Below, in pieces: positions 30,535 to 40,819 of a DNA stretch of 64,000 nt. The translations under genes and the position numbers were made by a program. The notes below the pieces were generated by a model. The model did not search any database and had not been told where the DNA came from. It saw only the letters and a list, made by a program, of their open reading frames with translations. How positions within the stretch are numbered: position 1 is the stretch's first letter; every line of letters begins with the position of its first letter. Location of the stretch: NCBI GenBank assembly GCA_019429005.1, contig JAHYJR010000003.1, forward strand, positions 76,026 to 140,025. Reading direction: 5' to 3'. This DNA comes from Nanobdellati archaeon. Lineage in GTDB: Archaea > EX4484-52 > GLR71.

Positions 30535-31323
30535 TTATGGCACAAGCTCAAGTCTTAATTTGCCATCTTTAAACTCTTTCTTTTCAAGACGCCACTCTTC
30601 TGGAATTTGTATTATTTTAAAATATAATTTATCTTGAGTCAATGCACGAATTTCAATAGATTCTTTAAACCGCTTAATCTCAATATCAGATACAGACTTA
30701 ACATCTGGTAAATTTGTCTCAATAATAATTTCGGTAGGAAGTCGTTTTATATTTATTTCAGGTTCTTCAGTTTTTGTTGGTATTTTTTTTAGATTAGACA
30801 GATCCTCTTTTAGTTCAGAATCTTTTCGGATAGAAAAATCACTTTTAGGAACACGAATACCAAATTGATTTGCAATTTCTTTCTCAAGATGAGCTTTATC
30901 AACATCGCCAATAGTCCGTATATTCACTATAGGTTTCATACCTGAACCTGTTTTTATACTGATGCTAAAACCGGATTTCTTTATATTGGGCTTAGCACTC
31001 ATATTAAAAGGTGTTATATTAAAGAATTCAATATCTCTGTCTCTATTTTTAATATCTTTCTCAAATTGTTTCTTAATAAAACCCATATCCTTATTTAGAC
31101 TTTCAAAAATATTGTTAATAGAAAAATCACCGCTTATATGCAAAGGTTTGCCAGAAGGCAAAGGTTTATCAGATTGCATAGGTTTATCAGAATGTATAGA
31201 TTTACCAGATTGCATAGGTTTATCAAACTGTATAGGTTTTAATAACTTAAATCCGCACTTGGAACAAAATTCCCAAGTTTCGTCAACCTTATTTCCACAT
31301 TTAGGACAATACATAGATACCAA
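30535..31323 (-). CDS. Zinc-ribbon + Hsp20/CS-like domain protein
   Basis: CPKCG...CSKCG; C-terminal IIIETNLPDVKS...ESIEIRA...FKDGKLRLEL. Confidence 0.75.
   Translation of the reverse strand: MVSMYCPKCGNKVDETWEFCSKCGFKLLKPIQFDKPMQSGKSIHSDKPMQSDKPLPSGKPLHISGDFSINNIFESLNKDMGFIKKQFEKDIKNRDRDIEFFNITPFNMSAKPNIKKSGFSISIKTGSGMKPIVNIRTIGDVDKAHLEKEIANQFGIRVPKSDFSIRKDSELKEDLSNLKKIPTKTEEPEINIKRLPTEIIIETNLPDVKSVSDIEIKRFKESIEIRALTQDKLYFKIIQIPEEWRLEKKEFKDGKLRLELVP
31136..31240. repeat. Imperfect 18-bp coding repeats (DKPMQS/GKSIHS/DKPMQS/DKPLPS/GKPLHI)
   Basis: Hexapeptide periodicity in the translated protein and in the DNA. Confidence 0.8.
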
Positions 31324-31500
31324 AGATATATAGTTTCCAATATTTTTTATAATTTTCTATTAATTAAAAAATAATAACTCCTTATAATCCTAAAAAAGAT
31401 TTAAAAATTAATAACAACAAATTAACAATATAATATCAACATTAACATAATAACTCTCGTCGACAATATAGGATTTAACAGACATTATTAATTATATATC

Positions 31501-31612
31501 TAAAAACAACAAAAAAAACTAAAAACAACAAAAAAAACTAAAAACAACAAAAAAAACTAAAAACAACAAAAAAAACTAAAAACAACAAAAAAAACTAAAA
31601 ACAACAAAAAAA
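31501..31612 (+). repeat. 19-bp tandem repeat TAAAAACAACAAAAAAAAC, five full copies plus one partial
   Basis: Units start at 31501, 31520, 31539, 31558, 31577 and 31596. Confidence 0.92.
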
Positions 31613-31642
31613 TATAAAATATAAGATTATTAAGATGATTAC

Positions 31643-32755
31643 ATGGTTATCCAAAATATTAAAAATAATGTTATAGACAACATAAACAAATATCTAAAAA
31701 TAATGTCAGATATAGAAAAAAAACAAATAAAAGATAGAATAACAAAAATAAATTCAAAATATAAAACAATAATAAGCCTTAAAAACTCTGAAAAAACAAA
31801 AAAAGACATCGACACAACCTTTTTCAGTTTTGAAGACCTACCACCCACTGGAAAAGAATATTGGTTTCTTAAATTCGTATCAACTAAAAAAGACGATAAC
31901 AGACAACTTATCTTAATGTTTGGCGAAGGTGCTGAAACAATAAAAATAAATAAACAGCAAATAGATCAAAATACAAATCAAGATAACAAACAAGATAAAA
32001 ATGGATATATGACCGTTTGGTATTATGATTCAAATAAAAAATTAATATTTGACGAAAAATGTACAATATCAATAGACAAAAATAACATAAAAACCACAAA
32101 CAAACAAAACCATATCAATTATAATGGTAAATTTCCAAAATATTCACTTGATATAACAAAAAATAACAAAACAATATGTAACCTTAAAATAAAAATACCT
32201 GAAAAAACAACAAATTCTTTTGAATTTTATCATAACTTCAAATCCCTCCTTGGTTTTGCATTAATTAATATATACCTCGATTTTGATGGAACACTTAATG
32301 GTAAAAATTTTAAAGGTAAAGCATATATCCAAAAAGTAATTGTTATAGGTCCATTTATACCTTGGAGATGGGGTCGAATTGTATTTTCAAACGGGTCCAT
32401 ATTAACATATTATGTACCAACAATAGATATAATGAAACTCAGTTACAAACTAGATTCAATTCTTGAATTTTATGATAACACTACAAACAAAAAATATAGT
32501 TATCAAGATATAAAAATCAAAAAAATTGGACATATCAACCCACGATGGATTATTACAGCAGATAATGATAATTTTTTTGTATCTATAAAAACATATTCAT
32601 CCCATAAATTTGGATTTAAAAAAATAGGATCTTTCACTTACATAGAATATTTAAGCAAAGTGACTGACATATTTATAGAAAATTCAAAAATAGATACAAC
32701 AAAATTAGGTTCTGGTTTGGGATTAACCGAAGATGCAACAGGTTATATTTTATAA
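31643..32755 (+). CDS. Hypothetical all-beta protein (possibly lipocalin/tocopherol-cyclase-like)
   Basis: EYWFLKF, PWRWGRIVF and two-fold beta-rich organisation; the family call is tentative. Confidence 0.6.
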   Translation: MVIQNIKNNVIDNINKYLKIMSDIEKKQIKDRITKINSKYKTIISLKNSEKTKKDIDTTFFSFEDLPPTGKEYWFLKFVSTKKDDNRQLILMFGEGAETIKINKQQIDQNTNQDNKQDKNGYMTVWYYDSNKKLIFDEKCTISIDKNNIKTTNKQNHINYNGKFPKYSLDITKNNKTICNLKIKIPEKTTNSFEFYHNFKSLLGFALINIYLDFDGTLNGKNFKGKAYIQKVIVIGPFIPWRWGRIVFSNGSILTYYVPTIDIMKLSYKLDSILEFYDNTTNKKYSYQDIKIKKIGHINPRWIITADNDNFFVSIKTYSSHKFGFKKIGSFTYIEYLSKVTDIFIENSKIDTTKLGSGLGLTEDATGYIL

Positions 32756-32842
32756 AAATAAGTGAAAACAAGACTAAAAATCAAAAATAAATATAATGTC
32801 TACCAAAAATAATGGTAGAACATAAAACCAACAAAAAATAAT

Positions 32843-33097
32843 TTATTTTGTCTTTAAAACATCAAGAAGTGCTTTTGATATTGCTTCAATTACTTCTTTA
32901 TCACTAGGCATAGCAACAGATTTCTTAAATCGTGGTTCTTCTTCTTCTTTTGTGAAGAAACCTCTTGAAATGGAGATAAATGTATTCTCTTCACCATCTT
33001 CAGGTATCGCTTTTTTCTTAGCAATTTCAATAAAGTTGTTTTCACCAAACTTAACTTCAATAGATTTTATTGTTTCAAATGTTACGTTTCCAGACAT
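32843..33097 (-). CDS. Small conserved protein, PC4-like fold suspected (paralogue B)
   Basis: KFGENNFIEIAKKKA...FISISRGFF...RFKKSVAMP aligns with 30272-30502. Confidence 0.78.
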   Translation of the reverse strand: MSGNVTFETIKSIEVKFGENNFIEIAKKKAIPEDGEENTFISISRGFFTKEEEEPRFKKSVAMPSDKEVIEAISKALLDVLKTK

Positions 33098-33321
33098 TTA
33101 TTTCACCCAAATCAAAGATTATTGATTCAAATATAATAACACACATATTTTTATATATCTTTTGTTAACAAAAAAGGACTGCTAGACCTATAAAAACGAC
33201 AAATACCGACATAATCGTGCAACCTTAAAAAAGTTTTATAAAACAGCATCAACTCAATAGAATTATATTCTATTTGTATCTTAAATAAAACAAAAATAAC
33301 TAAAAAACAGAAATAACCATT

Positions 33322-34218
33322 ATGTATAACAAAAAAAGAACCAATTCTAATTAAAGCACCTTACACAGATAAAAGAACCATAAATAATAAGATATGGCAA
33401 AATAACAAATGTGAATGCACATTAAGAGATGGTTCAGACGCCTTATTGAACAATATAAACCCACAATATAATATAACTACAATAAATATCCCCAATTATA
33501 TTAAAAGCGAACTTAATGTTCAAAATTACGAAAGATTTGAACAATTCTATTCAGACAAATACAAAAACGACAAAATCCCAATAACAATCGGTGGTGTACA
33601 TGGAATTAGTGTTCCTGCAACAATTGCACTTTCAAAAACAAATAAAAAAGAATCAACAATAAAAGACTAAACAGAGATCTTGATGCCCTAGGATATAAAC
33701 AAGATAATATATCACCATGGAATTGAACAAAACCTTGGCTTGATAAATTTGAATTTTATATGATAATAGATTCAGTACCAAAAATAGATGCAATGCATAT
33801 CAGAAGTTATTATGATGAAAAAAATAACAATAACAACCTATTTACACGAAGTCTTGAAGAAGAAATAAGTAGAACAATAACAGCAATTAAAACCGATAAA
33901 AATATTGAATTTATAACAAAACAAAACATACCCAATATTTTAGATAAAACAAAAGAATTTTGCAACAAATTAAATAAAAAACCATTATATTTATCAATAG
34001 ATGTTGACGTTTTCAAAGAGGTTAATGCAAGTAAAATAGGTTTAACGTCATTAACTTATGGAACTATTGATGTAAACCATTTTGAAACAATATTTGACAC
34101 AATATTACAAAACGCAAATATATGTGGTATCGATATAACAGAAGTAAATACACTAGACCCTAAATCTATTGATTGTGGAAATATCGTTTTATCCACAATA
34201 CTTGAAAAATTAACATAA
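33322..34218 (+). pseudogene. Fragmented arginase/agmatinase-fold gene
   Basis: TIGGVHGIS, HIRSY, YLSIDVDV, ICGIDITEVN motifs; frameshift at A7 33331, a second frameshift near 33650, and a TGA near 33724. Confidence 0.7.
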
Positions 34219-34451
34219 AAACTAAAAAATATAAAAAAGTTATCAGCCCGCCCATCAATCATCATATATCAGTATCAAATAAGCTCATCATCTAACTAAA
34301 TTATTATTAGTAAGTTATCTTTAAAAAAACCATATTATATTTATAAAAATCAAAATAAACGTCAAAACACGTATAAAACGACATTTGACGAACGAAACTT
34401 TATATCGTAACGAATTAAAATATAGATACAAGTAACTAACAAGGTAATTAA

Positions 34452-35201
34452 ATGAATAAAAAAGGACTTTTTATAACAGATCTTGATATGTCTGCAATAA
34501 ACATGCATTCTGTACTTAAACTTGCAATAGATACAATAGACTATTTCAAAAAAACAGATGACCCTAGATATGAATATGCAAAAGAGACATATAAACAAAT
34601 AATGCACTCAGATAAAAAAAGACAAGAAACAGGTGAAATAGATACAATCCTACATAATGGTAAAAGAATGAAAATACTTACAGAGAACATAATAGGATTA
34701 CCTGCAACATATCTTGATGCAATAAAAAAACAAGTAAATAACACAATCATGCCAGGTTTTGATAATGCAATCAATCATGCAAATAGTAAAGGATTAAAAT
34801 CACATATTATCACAATGAGTTTTGATTACTTTATTTCTGACATTGCAGACAAATGGTCTTCAAATTATTATGCAAATAAAATCAAACTCGATGAAACGCA
34901 CCAAAATATAGAAAGCACAAATATTTTAGTTCAAGATGGGATATCTAAAGCAAATATAATCGACACACTTATACAAAATTATACAGATGAAACGGGAGAA
35001 CTACCAGACATACACATCCATGGTGATGGTGAAAGTGATATGGATATGTTTAGAAAAGCTATAAAACTTAAAGAATTAGGAAAAATAGAACAATTATTCA
35101 TATATGTGCCTATAAATGGAACAAAAGAAGCACTAGATATTGCAACAAACCCATATACCATAGGTGATATAGACACACACCTTATAAATAATACAAAATA
35201 A
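34452..35201 (+). CDS. HAD-superfamily phosphatase (SerB-like)
   Basis: TDLD motif I, IMPG...IITMS motif II, SKA motif III, GDGESD motif IV. Confidence 0.75.
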   Translation: MNKKGLFITDLDMSAINMHSVLKLAIDTIDYFKKTDDPRYEYAKETYKQIMHSDKKRQETGEIDTILHNGKRMKILTENIIGLPATYLDAIKKQVNNTIMPGFDNAINHANSKGLKSHIITMSFDYFISDIADKWSSNYYANKIKLDETHQNIESTNILVQDGISKANIIDTLIQNYTDETGELPDIHIHGDGESDMDMFRKAIKLKELGKIEQLFIYVPINGTKEALDIATNPYTIGDIDTHLINNTK

Positions 35202-35238
35202 TTTAAAAAATATGATTAATAACAATTAAAAAAACAGC

Positions 35239-35258
35239 TTTGTGTCAATTGACACAAA
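35239..35258. other. Perfect 20-bp palindrome TTTGTGTCAATTGACACAAA
   Basis: Self-complementary; lies between convergent genes. Confidence 0.8.
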
Positions 35259-35321
35259 ATTAAAAATTAATTCTAAAAAACTGAAAAAGAATCAAACAAA
35301 ATCATAAAATATAAATCAATT

Positions 35322-35864
35322 TTAATCTTCTGGTATAATAGTACTTTTGCCTTTAGCTTGAGGTATAACACGTATATTTGCACCACTAAATTCTTTCTCA
35401 AGCTGCTTACCTGAAAATATACGATCTAAAGTTAATGCAAGCGCACTCACTTCTGAATGCGGTGAATTACCAACAGCAACATTAAAATCTGCAAGATCAT
35501 ACATCTCACCAGGAACTTTTTGTGAACCTATTACTATTAACATACTACCTTTTAACTTAATACTATCTTTAATTTTATCAATCACAGTCGGTAAATTAAG
35601 CCCATACATAGTTAAGTGAACAATCACTGAAGTATCAATATATGGTTTTATTGCTTTTTTCCAGTTTTTAATATATTCTACAGTAAAATCACCACCCCAA
35701 CGAGAAGATGTTTTCTTAAGACTTTCAATAGTATTATCTTCCCTATCTCCTGTAATAATTATTTTAGATGCACCAAAAGACCGTGCAACAAGACCACAAT
35801 GTGTAGTAATTCGTGAATCTCTACCAATCCTATGTCCAAGACGCAAAACTGTTATATCAACCAT
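35322..35864 (-). CDS. trm56: tRNA (cytidine56-2'-O)-methyltransferase aTrm56
   Basis: LRLGHRIGRDSRITTHCGLVARSFGA, VHLTMYG, VIGSQKVP, PHSEVSALA. Confidence 0.95.
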   Translation of the reverse strand: MVDITVLRLGHRIGRDSRITTHCGLVARSFGASKIIITGDREDNTIESLKKTSSRWGGDFTVEYIKNWKKAIKPYIDTSVIVHLTMYGLNLPTVIDKIKDSIKLKGSMLIVIGSQKVPGEMYDLADFNVAVGNSPHSEVSALALTLDRIFSGKQLEKEFSGANIRVIPQAKGKSTIIPED

Positions 35865-36045
35865 ATTTATCAAATATTATAGTATATCCAAAATTATATT
35901 ATATCGATTATTATATTATATCCAAAATGATATTATATCTAAACTCATATTATATACAAAACTTTAAGTTTATGTGTATATTTACATCAAAAATACAATC
36001 TACAATAAAAACAAGACACACCAACAATAATTTAAAGATTCCGTA

Positions 36046-36319
36046 ATACTTCAGTGAAGTAAAGTTCACTGAACAATTAATACATAACTTAATAAATTAA
36101 TAATAAAACGCCATTATTTTTATAAAAATCAAATAAAGATCAAATAACAAACTATAAATTAAAAAAAATAAAATAAAAAAGATTTAAACATATTCAAAAA
36201 ATCTTGAAAATTATTTTTTATAAAAATATAACAAAATAAGTAACAAAAATAAAAAAAGTAAACATAAAAACAGACACCCTTTCAAATAAATACAGTTCAG
36301 TCTTAATTCACTGAAGTAT
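36046..36319. repeat. 274-bp AT-rich segment bounded by inverted repeats (ATACTTCAGTGAA / TTCACTGAAGTAT)
   Basis: 13-bp perfect arms, extendable imperfectly through a shared ACTGAAC; an extra TTCACTGAA copy at 36065. Confidence 0.65.
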
Positions 36320-36461
36320 ATATAACCCAAACAACACAAATTAATACAAAATCAAAAACAAAATATAAAACAACAAAAGGGATAATACAACATATAAAAT
36401 CGATAACAATCAAATAAGTATCTATTTATAGATATACTCTACAACCCATAAAAATTCAAGA

Positions 36462-37388
36462 TTATTTACGTTCAAGAAGAACAACACGACTTGCTTCACT
36501 TTCATTAGTAACTGAATAATTTAATAATTTTGCAAGTTTTTCTGCAAAATGTAAAACTTCACTATGAACAGGCATAGCATCATAATCTAAACGATGCTTA
36601 GAAAAACCAACCCACATATAGGCTTTAACCTCAACAAACTTTGGATTTACCTTCAATATCAATTTCACATAATTCTCAAAATCATCCATATTGAGTCCTT
36701 TTACAAGAGTAAGTCTAACTGCTTTTTTACCTTTGAATTTACTAAGAGTATTAATAGTCTTTTCAAACCGAGACCAATAATCCTTAAACATAGGAACACA
36801 GGTTTTTTTATACAGCTCTTTTGTTGGTGCATCAATAGATAAATAAAATTGAGTCGGCCCACCCATATCACAGATTTTTTGAACAGTATCAGGAAATTGT
36901 CCATTTGTTACAAGAAATGTCGTAAACCCTCGCTTATTACAAACATCAATAAGACCCGCAATCTTAGGATATGCTGTAGGTTCCCCAGTTAATGATATTG
37001 CAACATTTATAGGATCTTGTGCTTCTTCCCATTTAACCATATCAGTACCACTAAAACCCTTAAACCCCGTTATAAGAGACCTCTGCATACGAATTGCACC
37101 ATCAAGTATTTCTTCAGGATCATCAGAATCAGAACCCAATTCAGAAGCTTCAGTTTTATCAGTAGAACGCCAACAAAACACACATTTATTTGGGCACCAG
37201 GCCACAGCAGGTGTCATTTGCAAACAACGATGACTTTTGATACCATAAAATTTTTCTTTATAACAAACACTGTCACCACGAAGACTTTTCTTTAACCAAG
37301 TACATAACTTTACAGCCGAATGATTACCTACAATACGATATTGCTGTTTTTCAAGAAGTAATTTATAATTATCATCAAGTTTTACCAT
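36462..37388 (-). CDS. taw1: 4-demethylwyosine synthase TYW1/Taw1 (radical SAM)
   Basis: HSAVKLCTW, CYKEKFYGIKSHRCLQMTP, CPNKCVFCWR, SLTGEPT, LVTNG, EVKAYM. Confidence 0.95.
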   Translation of the reverse strand: MVKLDDNYKLLLEKQQYRIVGNHSAVKLCTWLKKSLRGDSVCYKEKFYGIKSHRCLQMTPAVAWCPNKCVFCWRSTDKTEASELGSDSDDPEEILDGAIRMQRSLITGFKGFSGTDMVKWEEAQDPINVAISLTGEPTAYPKIAGLIDVCNKRGFTTFLVTNGQFPDTVQKICDMGGPTQFYLSIDAPTKELYKKTCVPMFKDYWSRFEKTINTLSKFKGKKAVRLTLVKGLNMDDFENYVKLILKVNPKFVEVKAYMWVGFSKHRLDYDAMPVHSEVLHFAEKLAKLLNYSVTNESEASRVVLLERK

Positions 37389-37440
37389 AATAACTATTAG
37401 AATAAACAAATTTTATTAAATAATAAGTCTAAAAAAACAT

Positions 37441-39120
37441 TCATTCAATATAATCTAAAAGGGATTTAAACACAACAGGATCATCAATAAGTACTTCAAG
37501 ATCCATTTTACTTAAAGGCCGATTATCTACGATAGTTAAAGCACGTTTTGGTCCAATTCCAGGAACAAATTCAAGACATTTTTTAGAACAATTATTAATA
37601 TCAAGAGGATAAGGCACACAAGTTATAGACCTATAACCCCACCCAACAACTTTTGCATCAAACATACCTTTGTTTATAACGCAAGGAATTCCAACAAGAA
37701 TTGGATAAGATCCAGATTGCCTTGCAAAAGCAATATCTTTATCTTGAAATTCAAATTTAAGATTTGTAAGCAAAACACCTTTAGGCACTAGTCGTTCTAA
37801 TATCACACGATCTATCTCAGTACGCACTTTATATTTATAATGAGTAAAGTAACGATGATGTTTACGCACTAACTTATCACCTAAAGATTCCATACGCGTA
37901 CCTGGAAAAACTGCAACCTGCCTAAGATTAATTCTGCGAACAAGAAGACCCTCATCAAGAAGAGATTTAAGAAACGCAAAATTAAGTTGAAATGTCTTTT
38001 TAGTCTCACCAAAAAGCCCAAAAACAAAATTAATTCCAGGGAGAAGCATAGGCATACCGTTATTACCACGAACAGCACCAACTTTATTTAAAAGCCGCAC
38101 TGCAAAAAGAACCTCATCAGGTGTAGTATTAAGATTATTTGCCAAAATCACAACAGGATCAGCACTTTCCATACCAAAAGCAGCAACATTACCAGGTGTA
38201 CAATATTTAACAAGTGTTTTTGCTATTTTTTCGCATTCGACTGGATATTTTGCGATAACGTGAGGATTCGCATTATCTATATGAAGTGTTTTTAGTTCGG
38301 GTGCAACTTTACATATACCCGAAAACAACAATTCTATAGATTCAGGATTAGGAACACTATCTTTTGACATATATGAAAAGATACATGGTTGTCTACCTAA
38401 ACGAAAATGCCTAGCTCCAAAGGAATAAAGAGCTTGAACCTCATCAATTATATCTTTCTCTAACCTAAACTTAGATTTACCAAAACGCAACGGCTCAGTA
38501 CAAAATGAACAAAACGAATCACGACCACAACCACGATACGACTCTAACTCACACATTAACAAACTATCAAAATCAGGATGCTGTGTTATAATTTCAGCAC
38601 CAAGTATTGCAAAATCACGTAAAAGTTTGTAATCACGCAATTTTGTAACATCTAAAGATTCAGCAGAACCGCCCGATTTAAGATAACTATAAATAAAAAG
38701 TTCAATATCTCCAGAAACAACAAAATCAAAGACAGATTTAAGTTTTTCAAGTTCAGTATTCTTTATTACAGAACCGCCACAAGCAGATGTCCCTGAAGCT
38801 GCAACCGGACCACCTAGAAACTTTAAGCATTTAAGAGGTACAAAATAAGTAACAATTTCTTCAAAAGAAATAGGTGTACCTGCAATATACTTACCAGGCG
38901 TATGAACTCCTGCTATTGCAATAACAATATCAGCCTTATACAATAGAGCAGATTTATCATTTTGAGAACGCACATCATCAATTGTCAAATAATTAATTTC
39001 TTCAGATATACCTAAAACTTTACGTATAGCACCAAAAACATATCTCGGATAGGTACCAATGTAGGGTGGCACACCAAGACCTGCAGGTTCATCTGTATAT
39101 CCATCAAAAATGACAATCAT
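37441..39120 (-). CDS. Radical SAM enzyme with TRAM-like and C-terminal HhH motif (COG1031-like)
   Basis: DGYTDEPAGLGVPPY N-terminus, ESYRGC...CSFCTE, LHIDNANP, ESAD, VPGIG HhH. Confidence 0.88.
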   Translation of the reverse strand: MIVIFDGYTDEPAGLGVPPYIGTYPRYVFGAIRKVLGISEEINYLTIDDVRSQNDKSALLYKADIVIAIAGVHTPGKYIAGTPISFEEIVTYFVPLKCLKFLGGPVAASGTSACGGSVIKNTELEKLKSVFDFVVSGDIELFIYSYLKSGGSAESLDVTKLRDYKLLRDFAILGAEIITQHPDFDSLLMCELESYRGCGRDSFCSFCTEPLRFGKSKFRLEKDIIDEVQALYSFGARHFRLGRQPCIFSYMSKDSVPNPESIELLFSGICKVAPELKTLHIDNANPHVIAKYPVECEKIAKTLVKYCTPGNVAAFGMESADPVVILANNLNTTPDEVLFAVRLLNKVGAVRGNNGMPMLLPGINFVFGLFGETKKTFQLNFAFLKSLLDEGLLVRRINLRQVAVFPGTRMESLGDKLVRKHHRYFTHYKYKVRTEIDRVILERLVPKGVLLTNLKFEFQDKDIAFARQSGSYPILVGIPCVINKGMFDAKVVGWGYRSITCVPYPLDINNCSKKCLEFVPGIGPKRALTIVDNRPLSKMDLEVLIDDPVVFKSLLDYIE

Positions 39121-39142
39121 ACTAATGTTTAAGTAAGTTAAT

Positions 39143-39210
39143 TTTAAAAACAATAAGACAAATTTAAAAACAATAAGACAAATTTAAAAACAATAAGACA
39201 AATTTAAAAA
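39143..39210 (+). repeat. 20-bp tandem repeat TTTAAAAACAATAAGACAAA x3 plus partial
   Basis: Read directly upstream of the radical SAM gene start. Confidence 0.9.
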
Positions 39211-39287
39211 TAATTTAAAAATAAAAAAAGATTCAAAAACCTTTAAAATACCTTTAAAAATTAGTCTCAACTCTCACATTTAAAAGC

Positions 39288-40196
39288 CTATTTTATCTCA
39301 AGAGTTAAAAAATCGTATGCAAGCAGAGTATTCTTAAACACAGAAGTTGCATCCTTAAGAAGTTCTAATAAAGTATCATCACCCTCATTCTGATACCTCC
39401 TACTTATATGCGTAAGAATAAGTTGTTTCACACCTGCAAGCTTTGCAACATTTGCAGCATCGAGAGATGTGGAATGTCCTCGCTCATCAACATGTTCCAT
39501 ATTTGATGAAAATGTCGCATCATGTATAAGAAGATCTGCACTTTCAGAATATTTTATTACGTTACGACTATACCTAGTATCACCAGTATATACAACTTTA
39601 CGACCAGGAATCTCAACAACTATATCTTCAGGACGAATAACTTCACCCTTAAACTTTATTGTCTTACCAGACTTAAGTTCCCCTACAATAGGACTTGTTT
39701 CAAGTCCCAGAGCTTTTGCTTTATCCATATCTGCTTTTTTCCGTAAATCCTCACAAAGTGAATACCCAAGAGATGGAATGCCATGAAGTGTCTTAAAAGC
39801 TATTATCTCATAACCATCACACCTAACAACATCAGCATCCTTAAGCTCAATTGCTTCAACTTCAAAACCCCTATAATAATAACCAATATTCAAAAATTGT
39901 TCTAAAAACTTTTTTGTTCCCTCTGGACCATATACCAAAAGTTTCTTTTTTCGACCCTCAAGAGACATTGTCTGCACAAGACCAAGGATACCCGCAAAAT
40001 GATCAGCATGCCAATGTGTAATAAAAATCTTATCAATTTTCATAAATTTAAGATTCTTATCCATAAGCTGTCTTTGAGTACCTTCACCACAATCAAAAAG
40101 AATCCGATCACCTTTGAACATAACAAAGACAGATGGTAAATTTCTTTCACGTGTTGGTATACTTGCAGTTGTTCCAAGAAATGTAACTGTAATCAT
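39288..40196 (-). CDS. rnz: Ribonuclease Z
   Basis: FLGTTASIPT, FDCGEGTQ, THWHADH, YTGDT, HDATF, GHST, LTHIS. Confidence 0.96.
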   Translation of the reverse strand: MITVTFLGTTASIPTRERNLPSVFVMFKGDRILFDCGEGTQRQLMDKNLKFMKIDKIFITHWHADHFAGILGLVQTMSLEGRKKKLLVYGPEGTKKFLEQFLNIGYYYRGFEVEAIELKDADVVRCDGYEIIAFKTLHGIPSLGYSLCEDLRKKADMDKAKALGLETSPIVGELKSGKTIKFKGEVIRPEDIVVEIPGRKVVYTGDTRYSRNVIKYSESADLLIHDATFSSNMEHVDERGHSTSLDAANVAKLAGVKQLILTHISRRYQNEGDDTLLELLKDATSVFKNTLLAYDFLTLEIK

Positions 40197-40288
40197 AATA
40201 ATATTTTAACACCAAATCTTTTATTTTAATAAGCAAACTCTCACATTTTAACAATCATTTTAAAAAAATAAATATATATAATACAAAA

Positions 40289-40738
40289 ATGGTAAAATAC
40301 CCACTAGCAGTAAAAAATAAAATCCCAAACCCTGAAGAACAAGATGAATTTGATGAGTCTTGGGAAGCTGTATATAGACTTTTGGGTGTTGGAAATTCAT
40401 TTGATACAGAAAACCACAAAATGCATACATTACCAACAACAAACACAAATACAAAATTCATCAACTACCTTGACACACAGACAGATACAATAACAAACAT
40501 AAAAGAAGACCTTGAATCAATGAACATCTTTGGCTATGAAAGTCAAGATAAAACATACCTTGAAAAACTTGTAAAAGATATTTCTGAAAATCTAGAATAT
40601 GGCGAAATCAACAAAAAACAAATTGAAGACGCAAAAAATCTTAGAGACTCACTCAAACAAGAATACATAACATGGCAAAATAACAATTCACGCAAAGATT
40701 TGCACGAAGAAACAAAGGAATGGTATAAAATACGATAA
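40289..40738 (+). CDS. Hypothetical helical protein
   Basis: 149-aa ORF filling the gap between two minus-strand genes; no motif. Confidence 0.65.
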   Translation: MVKYPLAVKNKIPNPEEQDEFDESWEAVYRLLGVGNSFDTENHKMHTLPTTNTNTKFINYLDTQTDTITNIKEDLESMNIFGYESQDKTYLEKLVKDISENLEYGEINKKQIEDAKNLRDSLKQEYITWQNNNSRKDLHEETKEWYKIR

Positions 40739-40819
40739 AACATCAAAAAAAGCAAACAAATTAATTAAACAGCTAATTCTCCGAAAAATACAAAAAACAA
40801 TCTAAAGTACACTTTACCC

